Assembly (NCBI GenBank): GCA_001643675.2
Contig: LSRY02000037.1
Span: 682,001-746,000 of the forward strand
Length of the DNA: 64,000 nt
From: Monocercomonoides exilis PA203
Taxonomy: Eukaryota > Protista > Preaxostyla
Reading direction: 5' to 3'
Shown here: positions 24,771-35,944 of the stretch, one piece after another
Position numbering within the stretch: position 1 is the stretch's first letter
How the letters are laid out: each line of letters starts with the position of its first letter
Program-made: the position numbers and the translations under genes
The notes under the pieces: generated by a model
What the model saw: the letters and a program-made list of their open reading frames with translations, nothing else
Told to the model about the DNA's origin: nothing
The model's database searches: none

Positions 24771-26462
24771 AATGAAAAAAAGGATCTGACCCATGATCCG
24801 AATTTCCAAGGGGTCAAAAAGATCAAAAAAATAAGCGTTAAAGGGCGAAAATTGCAGGTAGAAGAATGCAGTTTTTTGGCTATAGATGAAGTTAAAATGG
24901 TGAAAACAATCATTTTATGCAAAAAAAAGACCCCTGAGGATTCTGTCATTTTGTGATCGCTATTGTTTGGACAAAGAAAAAGAGCTGATGCTCTTCAAAT
25001 ACAACGTTTTAAAATTCAAAAAAAACATTTTACTAACTCTTATCACGTATATAACAATTAGACAAACAATAAAAATTTTTCTGATATTTGTTTTTTTTTT
25101 TTCAATAAATATTCAAAATTTCAAAAAGATATGGTTCTGATTAAAGCTGGAGTTTTGTTTCTTTCATTTCTTTAAAATCACTTGCTTTTCCAACTTTTTA
25201 CAAGTTTGCCAATAATGTCTTTTTCATAATGTTTGAAGTAATGTTAATATTTCTCAAATATATTTTTTATTTACCACTTTTTTTAAAAAATATGTCAAAA
25301 TATATTCAAAATCTTTATATTTTATGTTTGTTTGTCAGTAATATCTGATTCTTAAACTATTGGCCTGTATTTATCTTGCTTTGCGGCTTTAATGAGAAAT
25401 GGTTTTTAAAAAATGGAGAATTCTTCAGATGCTGCTTTCAAGCGAACATATTTTCTGGCACTGATTAAGTTCACTCTGCTGCTCGTGCGCCAACAAGAAG
25501 AATGAAATATCATTCATTCATTCATCTTCTTGGCGAGTTGCAGCTATTATTGAAGCAGCAGCATATTTTTAATGTGAAAGTGCTTTCACAGCGCTAAGTT
25601 ACAAACGCAATGAGACGGGGAATTCAATTGTTTGTCGGCTGGAGACAGCAGCGGAAGAGCAAGAAAGGCAAAAGAATGCTCATGTCTTATGCAGTGAAAG
25701 GGAGATATTTGTTGCAGAAACAGAACTGCAAAGAAAGGAAACGAACGAGAACTAAAGGAGGAGGAGAGATAAAGGAATGAGAAGCAAGAGAGGTAGAATG
25801 GAAAATTAGAAAGGTTATTTTGTTCAATCTATCTAATTAAATCTTCATTTTTTAAAATCAATTTTAAACTTAATAATTATAATTTTAAGGCCATTTCATG
25901 ATTTTATTTTATTTTTTCTCTGATTCAGATACAGAAAACATTCTCACATGGCTTTTTTTGACGAAGCAGACGCGTCTGTAGAATATGCTAGTCTCAGAAT
26001 TGCGAGCAGAAAACAGATGGTGCGGCGTTGGTGTGCGTCCATTTGGTTGGTGATGGGCTGTAACATGGCGTGCCGAGAGTTGACAGTCGAAGAACAAAAT
26101 GCAGGAGTCGGTTGGGCAGTTTGAGCGGTGGGAGGCAGAGCGGACAGCGTCGGGGGAGCAGGAACTGCTGCTGATACGGACAGCTGGGGCAGCAGAAGGG
26201 GTGTCGCCGACGCTGTTGCTGCTGAAGCCGCGGGGGGAGTTCTTTAAGGAATCGGAGCTTTCGCGCGTGACGACGGTGCAGAAGAAGATGAATGTGGGGG
26301 AAGAGAACAAGGTGTCAGTGATGCTGCGGGAGGACGAGAAGGAGCGGGAGAGGAGGGAAGGGGCAGTGAAGATGCGGGAGATATGGCGGGGGCTGAACCG
26401 AAAGCTGGGAGAGAAGAACGCGATGAGGAGGGCAATGGAGATGAGCGAAACGATGCTTGCGA
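24771..26462. repeat. Right arm of ~1.69 kb inverted repeat
   Basis: Reverse complement of 12107-13799. Confidence 0.95.
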
Positions 26463-26624
26463 GTCAGTTGATGGAAGAAAGATAGTGGAAGAGGGAGAAG
26501 GAATAGAAGGAGATGAAGACAATGAGAACTGCAAAAAGATGGAGAATGAGAGAGAAGAATGAAATATTGTTCAGCGGAGATAATATGGAAGGGAAATTGA
26601 CATCGCTAATTGAGAGAGAAAGAG

Positions 26625-29600
26625 AAAGAGGAAATAGAGTTGAACACGAGGATTCTAAATAGAAAGAGAAAGATGGTATTTCTGAAAGCAAAGTCGATAG
26701 AATGATACATTTGGAGTCATTTGATTAAGGCAGAACATCTCTTGTTATTCCTTCCTGCAGAAATGGCTGTCATATGGAAAATTAGTGGAATACAAAGACT
26801 ATTTGGGTTTTATTTCGCAATGAAGATAAGCAGAGGTGGGCAATGCGAACTCAATGAGAAGGTGCTAAAGAGGAGATGGACTATTTTCTGTGGAGGACGA
26901 AGAGAACGAAGAGAGAAGGAAAAGCGAGCTGAGAGTGCTATATGGCAGCTCGTCAGAAGCATCGAAATCAGCTTGAAGAAAGCAGGTGCGCTTGTGATAC
27001 GTCTTCAGTGATTTTATCATTATCATCATCATCTTCTTCTTCTTTTTCTTCAACGTCTTCTTCCTCGTCTCGGAGAAGCAAGACGTTTTTCCGCGATCCA
27101 AAAGATGAATCCAAAATGACAACGAAAGGGAAGAAATGGAGCAAAGATGACATGGTTCTGTTCCAAGAAGACGAAGATTATTTCTTCTGGTTTAAGAAAA
27201 CTACTTCAAACAAAGCATTAACCTCATCTATTTCTCAATCACAGGCATCTGCTTCATCTTCCCCTCAGATTTCTTCATTGATTTCTCCACAAAGTGCCAG
27301 CAAACACACAAAGGCTCCACGAAGCAGCCTTCTTGCCACGCTGGAAGGGATGAAGAGGAGGAAAGAGGAGAAGAAGAATACAGATTTTCTCTCGCTGTAT
27401 TCGTCGCTGACAAGCGAAAGGATGCTGACTCTGAAATCGGAGGGTGACATTGCGTCTACTGATAACAAGTTGTTTGAGGAGGAAATGAAAGATGTTGATG
27501 TGGTGAGAGGAGTAGAAGTGGAGGAGAACGAAAGGAAGAAGGAGAGAAAGGAGTATTTGATGAAGGCAAAGAAGGAAATAGACGAAAGATTGAGGCGAAT
27601 TAAAGAAAGGAAGCTGAGAGAAGAAAGAGAAAGAGAAGCAGAAAGAATGAAAAACTTGCCTTTTAACCAGCAAAATGCAATTAACACAATGTTAAATGGA
27701 CCAAATCAGACTCTTCAGTCAACGCTCCAATCAACTTGATCAGCATCCTTCTCTTCTTCTCCTTCCTCCTCCTCCTTATCATCATCTTATCTTCTTCTCT
27801 ATCCTCGCAAATTCCATCTGATGACAATCACATTGATAATGCTTTTCCTTCTTCATCATTATCACTTTCACTTCCTTTTTCAAAGTTATCTATATCTCCA
27901 TCTTCCACCAATACCCCAACTTTCACCAATCAAATATTGCATCCCGTTTCTTCTTCGTCATTGTGCATTCCTGAGCCAAAATTGTTGGTTATTCCAAGCC
28001 GCATCGAACGAACTGAGTTGGAGAAAGCGATACAGACGAAGATGAGAAGATGGAGAAGGAAAAAGCAGAAAAGGAGACAAAGGAGCCGCTGGAGGAAGAG
28101 AATAAGAACTTTGAGAAAAAACGTGAAAAGCTCGAAGACGAGCAGAAAAAGGCGCTGGAGCAGGCTGAGAAGAAGCGGGAGGCGTTTGTTTCGTATCTGA
28201 AAAAGATGAAGATTGAAAGAAGCGAATCGAATTTCAAAAGCGGAGCGAACAAGAGGAAGGTGTGGATGAAGGAGAATGCTGAATCGTCTCTTGTTGTTTG
28301 GATGAAGAAGGAGCTGTCGATTCGAGATGATCTGTATTTTGACAGGCAGGCTGTTCAATTTGGAAGCTTTGCAGAAGTGTTTCCAAATAAAAGAGCATTT
28401 TCAGCCTCAGAAGAAGGAGAAGATAATATTTCAGAAAACTTATCTTCTTCAAAAGAACAACAAAAGAAAAAGAAGAACAAGAAGAATAATATGCTCCAAA
28501 AGAACATACACATTCGGAGAAAAAGCGAAGTAAAAATGCAAATGTGTTTTAAGATGTTTGATTTCAAAACTTGTTATTTTTCTTCTTTTGATCCTTATAA
28601 GAAAAACTCACTATTTGTAAGTTTTCTTTGTATTTCACAAGATAATCGTCAAACACAGCAAAAAAAGCGTGAAAGAAGCTTCTTCTTCTTTTCTTTCTTT
28701 AATTTCTTCTGCTAATAGTGGTGAAGCTGAAGTTTCGCAGCCTTATTTGCCATTTCCAAGCACATCTGCTTCTTCTTCTTCTTCAAAGCCTCACTCTCAT
28801 TCTCATTCCTCAAAGTCATCTCATTCAAAACCCAGCTCATCAACAACTACCTTATCTCCTTCCTCAACAGCTGTACCAACTGCTTCATCATTGTCGTCTT
28901 CATCATCTTCTTCTTCTATTTCATCTTCTTCGTCAGCCTCTCAAAATGCATCTGTTTTCAAACAATTTTTTCATCCCCGCCAGCCACTTGTACAGACACA
29001 CAAGAAGCACAGCGGCCACACACACAAACCGATTTCTACTGCACATACATGCTCAACTCTCTCGCAAAATGCATCTGAAATCAAAAGGCAGAATAAGAAG
29101 CCGGAAGCAAGTTAGAAGCGGAACTGGTCTCTTTCGTCTTCTTCAGCAAAGACTCTACTGACAATTTCGACATCTTCTCCACATTCATATGCAGTTGCAT
29201 ATTCTTCTTCTTCGTTTTCTTCCTCTTCCTCTTCTTCTGTTCTTCAAGAAATACAGTGCTCGCTCCATTTCATCCTTCCTTCTTTTTTCCACCACTGGAT
29301 TGGATGTGCTGAGATGTGATGGCTGAGAAGCACAATGGAAGACAACGGATTGCTTCTGCCTGTTGATTGATAGAGCATTGAGAAGCTTGTGTTCAATGAA
29401 GAAGTGGGGATTTTGGATTGCAAACAGAAATATCCTCAGGAGCTGAGGTTAGCTGAGAAAGGAATAAAAGGACTGCAAGTCAGAGAGGATGAGATCTGGG
29501 CAAGGAGGATGAGAGAAAAGGAGAGAAAGAAAAAGGAAAGGATGGAAAGAAAGAGAAAAGATGGAGAAGGAAAAGAGAGGAAGGAAAGAGAAAGAAAAGA

Positions 29601-30170
29601 AGAAGAGGATAAAAAATCCAAAAATAAGCTAAATACAAACACAAAAGCAAGTAATGTTGAAATAAACTCACAAACGTTGCTTTCATCTTCTCCTTCGTCG
29701 TCATCATCTTCTTCTTTATATTCTTCAACTGAAAGTGTTGAAAAACAGAATGTGAATGCACACACAACAAATGCAGCTGATGATGCTTTTCTTCAACCTC
29801 CTCTGAATATTCCTCCTCCTCCTCCTCTTTCCACTCAAGCTCAATTCAATGCCTCTACTCTCTTCTCAACTACTTCTTCCATACTCCCCTAGGCACCTTC
29901 TTCCTCTTCCTCTTCTTCTTCTTCTTCTTCTTCTTCTTTTTCTTCTTCTTCTTTTTCTTCTTCCTCTTCTTCTTATTCTCTTTTTCAAATTTCTCTTCCA
30001 CATCCTCTTATTTTTTCTTCACAACTCGATTCATCTTCTTCTTTTCCTTCTCCTTCTTCCCCTTCTTCAATTCTCCCAAATCCCCTTCTTATCTTTCTTT
30101 CTCTCAGAGTTAAGAATGAAAGATTTCAAGGTGTGTCGTTTCATCTGTTTCTTCCTTAACACGAAAGTCT
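26625..30170 (+). pseudogene. Degenerate low-complexity (S/E/K-rich) hypothetical gene, paralog of 62630-64000
   Basis: Consecutive plus-strand ORFs 26942-27739, 28050-28715, 28669-29115 and 29389-29892 are broken by stops and frameshifts. Nucleotide similarity to 62630-64000 is clear. Confidence 0.5.
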
Positions 30171-33145
30171 GAAAACATCTATACGAAAGGCAGAGGAGAG
30201 AGATGACACTCAATGCAGCGCCGAGTGAATCAACAGTTGAGGAGTCACTAAGAGGTGCCTGGAAGGATGACTCCGCCTTCTCATTTGAACGAGGGGATAT
30301 TGAGTGCACTGGAGTTGGAGGAGACGAGGTTGCAGCTGGCGGTGAAAGAAAATATACAAATGGAAAGGATATTGCTGGTGAGTTGGAAGCTGTCGGCATG
30401 CACACTCCAACAGAGCTTGTCGAGCGAGATGGCAGGGAAGACGAAATGTGTCATGCTGAAGAAGCATATTGACTGATTTCACAGTAAGATGAAAATAACA
30501 ACACTGCCCATTGCAACGGCAAGATCTGTAGCGATGAGATGCTCAACAAAGTTGCTGATGTCATCACCGAGCAGGAGCAGGGGCTGGCAGCACTGAGGGC
30601 GGAGAGGTTGGCGTGGGAGAGGAAGAGGGAGGAAGCGGGGAGAGCACGAAGAGCAGGGCAGGCGAGGTGGAGGGAATGGACAGATATGTTGGAGAGGTGA
30701 AGGATGCCTCGGCAAGAACAAAGATGGGTGGAGTTGAGGCGGACGAGCTGGTCAGCCGCGGAAAAGAGGAAGGAGGACACAGCTAGTTATCCGTCGAGGA
30801 GGTTGAAGAGGGAAGAGTGGGCTGATCCAGAGGGAGTTTTCTGTTGAGCGGCAGATGTATAACACAGTTGTGGAGATGAAGTCGCAGGGGTCAAGCAGGG
30901 AGCTGACCTGGCGGGCAGAGGAGCCGGTGTCTTGGTCGATGAATATATGGTGTGCGCGGTGGAAGGTGATTAAGGGGAGGAGGTTGACAACATGGTCGGG
31001 GTCGGTGGGAGGAGTGGGAGGCGATGGAGGGGGTGAAGGAAGGGAGGTGAAGTGGAGGTAGAAAATAAGAGGGGGAGGTGGGCGCCGGCTGTGTCCAGCA
31101 CGAATTCGCTGAGCTCATCGATGGCAAACACCACGCGCTCGAGGGTCAACTGTCTAATAGCGTCTGCCTCCCCCAAGAACACCCAGCTGCTCAATCCATG
31201 GGTCAGTGCCTGGCCTCGCCGCCTCCTCTGGCCTCACAGCGATCTTTACACATCCCCCGCCTTCGCTCCCCTTCTCCCCACCCCTGCCATCTTTACACAC
31301 CCGTTGCACTCCACCACGCTGCTGCCCCCAGTGCACTTGATCTGTGAAAACATTGTGCTCACCATTTCGCCCAGTGTTTCTTCTTCGCACAGCACCAGCC
31401 TCAAAGAGCTGATAATTATCAGCCCGAAAACCATCCTCTCCACTTTCTGAAGTTACCCTTGTATCTTCAATCAGAATTGAAACTGAACCAAGAATGGCTG
31501 TTGAAGAATTCTATGAATCTTAGTGATATATCTGTGCAGCTTTCAAAGTGATTTTCGAAGAGGAAGAAATAGCGCAGAGAAGCTTATTCAAAAAATAGTT
31601 GAATGGAATGTTCACAAAGCAAATTAGGCTATGCTAAAAAAAAACAGATGATAAAAAAGATGTGTTCATAATAGTTGTGAGCTTTTTTAGTGAAAAAAGT
31701 GAAATTTTTCGTATTTCTTTTTTATTTTTTTTATTCTTTCTTTGTAATTTTCAAAAAATAACTTTGATCAATCTATTTAAATAACTTCTTTAAAGTATTA
31801 TTAATTTCCAAGCTAATATCAACTTCTAAATGTTGTATATCTGATAAATATCTAGTTTAACTATTATATTATTTTATGTGTGCTTTTGAAAATTGATCGT
31901 TTTCAACTAAAGTTCTAAGATCTTCAAAATTAATTTATAAATTTCTTTGTAATAACTCACAAAACTAATTTTCATATTAAAAAATTATTGATTTCATATA
32001 GTTATTATTGTAATCATGTTGTATTAACGATTAAGCAAGCATCTTGTTCTCTTTATTGAATTCTTTATATTTTTGAATAATTTTTTATATTTTTTTCAAA
32101 ATATGAAATAAAATCAATTGGAAACAAATTAAAATCAGTAAATAAAAAATAATAATAACATATTAAACCTTATTTTCATGTAATTTCAACTGAAAATTCA
32201 TTTATCACCCCCACCCTTAATTAAAATTTTTGATCAAACGTCGGAATTTTTTATGATGTCAAAAAAAATCACCCATTTGACAAATTTCAAAGCACATTCA
32301 ACATATCACTTTCCATATTGATCGGTGCAGGGTGATAGTGAAAGTGCTTTAATAATGATAGAAATTAACCCACTAAAAATGAAACATTTATTATTTGGCC
32401 CAACAAAAACAAATAATCAACAAAAATTAACATACAGACAGCAGAGTTCATTAATTTTTGTAAGCTATACAAAGAGATACGGAAATATAAATATAAAATT
32501 GATGATCACATCCATTATTTTTTTATTTTTCGCATTTTAAAAACTAAACATGACAGACGAAGTTTCGTCAAATAATTACAATTTTAAAATAATTAGAAAG
32601 AGAGTGCTTTTCAAATGCTATTTGCATTTTTACTTAACTCGTCTGTCAATAAGATTATATCTCGCCGAAAGAAATATTTGTTGAAGAATCCTGTTGAAAA
32701 TATTGAAATTGCAGAATAAAGCTGCAACGTATTTGATGGAGGAGAAGAAGCATGATAAAATCATTCACATAAATTTTCTCTGAAGGAGTCAATCAAAATC
32801 GAAATCTTTCTCTCTTTTTTTCTCCTGTTTGTCCATTCTTCCAATCAGCATCAAAAGCTCTCCCGATTTTTCACTTGATTTATGTCAGGAACAAATATCA
32901 ACTGATGATTCTCTTCAGTCCCTCAATCGTTATTTGAAATTCTTCCTTCTTCATTTGAACATTTCTTCGTTCCATTCTCAAAACACTTTCGTTGAAATGA
33001 TCTTCTCAAAAAAAGAGCAGCTGACTTCTTTTTTTGTTGCTGCTCCATTTTATTTTGAATGAGTGGGCAAACAAAACAAGTATTTTTTCACAAAAATTTC
33101 AAATGTCTGAGTTTGTGGCTATTCTGTGAAACGATAAAAAAGAAA

Positions 33146-34130
33146 TAGGGTCATATTTTTATTAGTACCCCGTTTTTTATTAGATCCTAAATTTTTTTTT
33201 CTCAAATTGCTTCATATAGAAGCTTATACGCAATGAGTATAATTTTAAAACAAATAATATATTATTATAAGGTTGTATACCAAATATTTTTGAAAATCAT
33301 TTCTTTAGATAAAAGATCTGAATTATTTAAGTTTTATTTTTTGATCAATGTTTTGCTCGTTTCTCCATGATTTTTTGAAACCGAGTGTTTTCCTTGTTGG
33401 CATTGTTTTTGAACTTTTCTTTTTAACATTTTTGATTATTTTATAACATGAAAAACTCTTTTTTTTCACTAGTTTTCACACCTCTCCTTTTTTTTGTAAA
33501 ACTGAAATTTTGAAGAAATATGTTGTTATTTTTTGAATTAATCAAGCGTGCATGATTTGCAAATTAGTATATCAAATAATAAATGTGATGAAAAATTGAA
33601 TTAAAAAGTATTTTTATCAGAAAATGAAAAAGATGATATTTTGTATTTCTCGTTTTATTTTTCATACACACATAAATTTCAAAGAAAGCTTAAATATATA
33701 ACATTACATAAGATAATGCATCGTTGAAAAACAATCAATCTTATTAAAAACAATTTCCTTTGTTGATATTATCGATTTACGAAACAAAGGAGAGGTGTGA
33801 AAACTAGTGAAAAAAAAGAGTTTTTCATGTTATAAAATAATCAAAAATGTTAAAAAGAAAAGTTCAAAAACAATGCCAACAAGGAAAACACTCGGTTTCA
33901 AAAAATCATGGAGAAACGAGCAAAACATTGATCAAAAAATAAAACTTAAATAATTCAGATCTTTTATCTAAAGAAATGATTTTCAAAAATATTTGGTATA
34001 CAACCTTATAATAATATATTATTTGTTTTAAAATTATACTCATTGCGTATAAGCTTCTATATGAAGCAATTTGAGAAAAAAAAATTTAGGATCTAATAAA
34101 AAACGGGGTACTAATAAAAATATGACCCTA
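33146..34130. mobile_element. MITE/foldback element with 345-bp perfect TIRs
   Basis: 33146-33490 is the reverse complement of 33786-34130, with a 295-bp AT-rich non-coding spacer. Ends read TA|GGGTCATA...TATGACCC|TA (possible TA target-site duplication). Confidence 0.85.
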
Positions 34131-34536
34131 GATATAATTTTGGAGTTACAAAAACAAAAACAAAAGCATCAATTTTTGAGTTGAAATTTGAATTGACTCT
34201 CTTTTTCTCAAACATTTACATCATTTGCAAATTATTTATCACGCAATCCAACAAAAATTATCAACTGAAAAGGGTAGCAAACAACTTTTGCGGATGAAAA
34301 AAATAATTAAAAAAGAAAAAGCAAGCACAGTGGAAATCAACATATGAAACAGTTCATTTCTTCAAATATTTACTGAACAGTCAGAAACAGATAATACAGA
34401 AAAAATATATTTGTTTATCAAACAAAAAACTCTCAAAGTTTTGTTAAAATGATTTATTAATGCAAAAAAGAAAAGAAAAGAAAAAGAAAAAGAAAAAACG
34501 ATTTTTGAGTAATAAAATCAAACAAAAAGAATTTGG

Positions 34537-35944
34537 TTAAACATTAACAAAATAATCAGAAATATTTCCTGACAATTCTCGATAAATATTTTTTCGAAAA
34601 GAAATTACTCCATGAAAGCATGTGATGAAATCATCGTATCCTTCTTCCTCAAACCTTTCAAATATCTTTCTTTTCAATTCTTTTCTTTCCTCCTTTTCCT
34701 TTTCATCATCCTTCTTTTCTTTCAATCGCCATGAAATATTAAAAAAGAAATACAAACATTTCCACATAATTTCATCATCCAAAGTTGATTGTTTCATTTG
34801 CTCCAAAAATAGATCTATTACACCTTTCTTCACAAAAGCATCAATTTCCATATTCCTCTTTTCTGATGCATTTCGAAGCAACCCGAGGCATCCATTGAGA
34901 ATATCTTTGTGGTTGTCCCTTGATGCTAGAAATAATTTCACGATGCAGTCGATGAGTCCTTCACATTCTTCGTTCCACAATGTGTTTGAGTACAAGAACT
35001 CCCAAATCACACTGATCCATCTCTTGATAAAAAGCACTTCTTTCACTTCTGTTTCTTTTCCCACCTTTTTTCTCTTCCAATCCACATTTCTTTTCAGTTC
35101 TTCGATTTCTCTTCTTGCTTCTCTAGCAAAATGTAGTTCATTCGTAATCAGTTCTTCCAAGCTTTCGTCGCTGAAAAAGCCTATTGTTAAAAACATCCAA
35201 GCAGACCGATAGGCAAGTCGCGTCAGATTCTGATGTTCCTGGTGATATTTTATAATTTCAGTTATCTCATTCAAATACAGTTTTTGTTCAATTTTCTTGT
35301 TAAAAAAAGAGGGAAAAAATCAATAATGTCAAAAAGGAAATAGAAATGCTCATACAGTTCCATCATCAATGCAACTTAAACACAATAAAGCCATTTCCAC
35401 TTCTTTTTGTGTTTCCTCGTTTTCCTCTTTCTTCAACGCAACTTTCAGAAGGCAAGGCACACAAATTGGTGTCAATTCATCTGAAAGGATGTGGAAATTC
35501 AGCAAAGTGAAACATTCGCAAAGATCAACCAAAAGTCTTTCGTTCTTTTCTTCTTTTTTCTCTTCTTCTTCAATGATCATTTCCTGAAATCGATCATTCA
35601 AAGAAGAATAATCATTTACAAATTCATAAAAGTATTTCAACATTTTGCAATATCCAACATGCTTCAACAACAAGATTACATTCTCCACTGAAAGTTTCTT
35701 TTCTTCAATCATATCATCAATTTTTTCATACAGTTCTCTCTTGAAAATTGATCCAAATTCTTCTTTATTCATTTCATTAACCATTTCATTCATTTCCTCT
35801 ATTTTCTGCATTTGTTCTTCCTCATAGCACTCTTCAATTCCATCAAACAATGCTTCAAAATTATAAAGTTAGAAAGAAATGCAATAACCAAAAATACAAA
35901 TGCAGCAATGGATGCAAACCAGTGAACTTTTCGGTGATGCTCAT
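34537..35944 (-). CDS. Helical E/K-rich hypothetical protein of an expanded family; exons 35944-35920, 35852-35356, 35295-34537
   Basis: Two short GT-AG introns (35919-35853 and 35355-35296) join ORFs 35350-35850 and 34537-35274 into one frame without stops. Motifs include LLLKHVGYC, NERLLVDLCECF, ICVPCLLKVALKKEENEETQKEVEMALL and EIIKYHQEHQNLTRLAY. Confidence 0.75.

Larger units (their letters stand above)
12107..26462. mobile_element. Composite Sola-like DNA transposon encoding a USP-transposase fusion, with a nested hAT insertion (true outer termini unresolved within the arms)
   Basis: Long inverted repeats flank a DDD transposase gene. Removing the hAT element at its target-site duplication leaves arm - gene - about 0.9 kb trailer - arm. 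Confidence 0.65.

Noticed and set aside
12107-26462. Polinton/Maverick or virophage-like element, suggested by the ~14 kb size and long inverted repeats
   Set aside because: No protein-primed polymerase, rve integrase, packaging ATPase or capsid motifs. The protease is USP-type, not adenain, and 6 kb of the length is a nested hAT.
34622-35212. Long F/S/L-rich ORFs (also 40289-40912 and 27265-27687) as membrane proteins
   Set aside because: They are antisense shadows of E/K-rich coding sequence.
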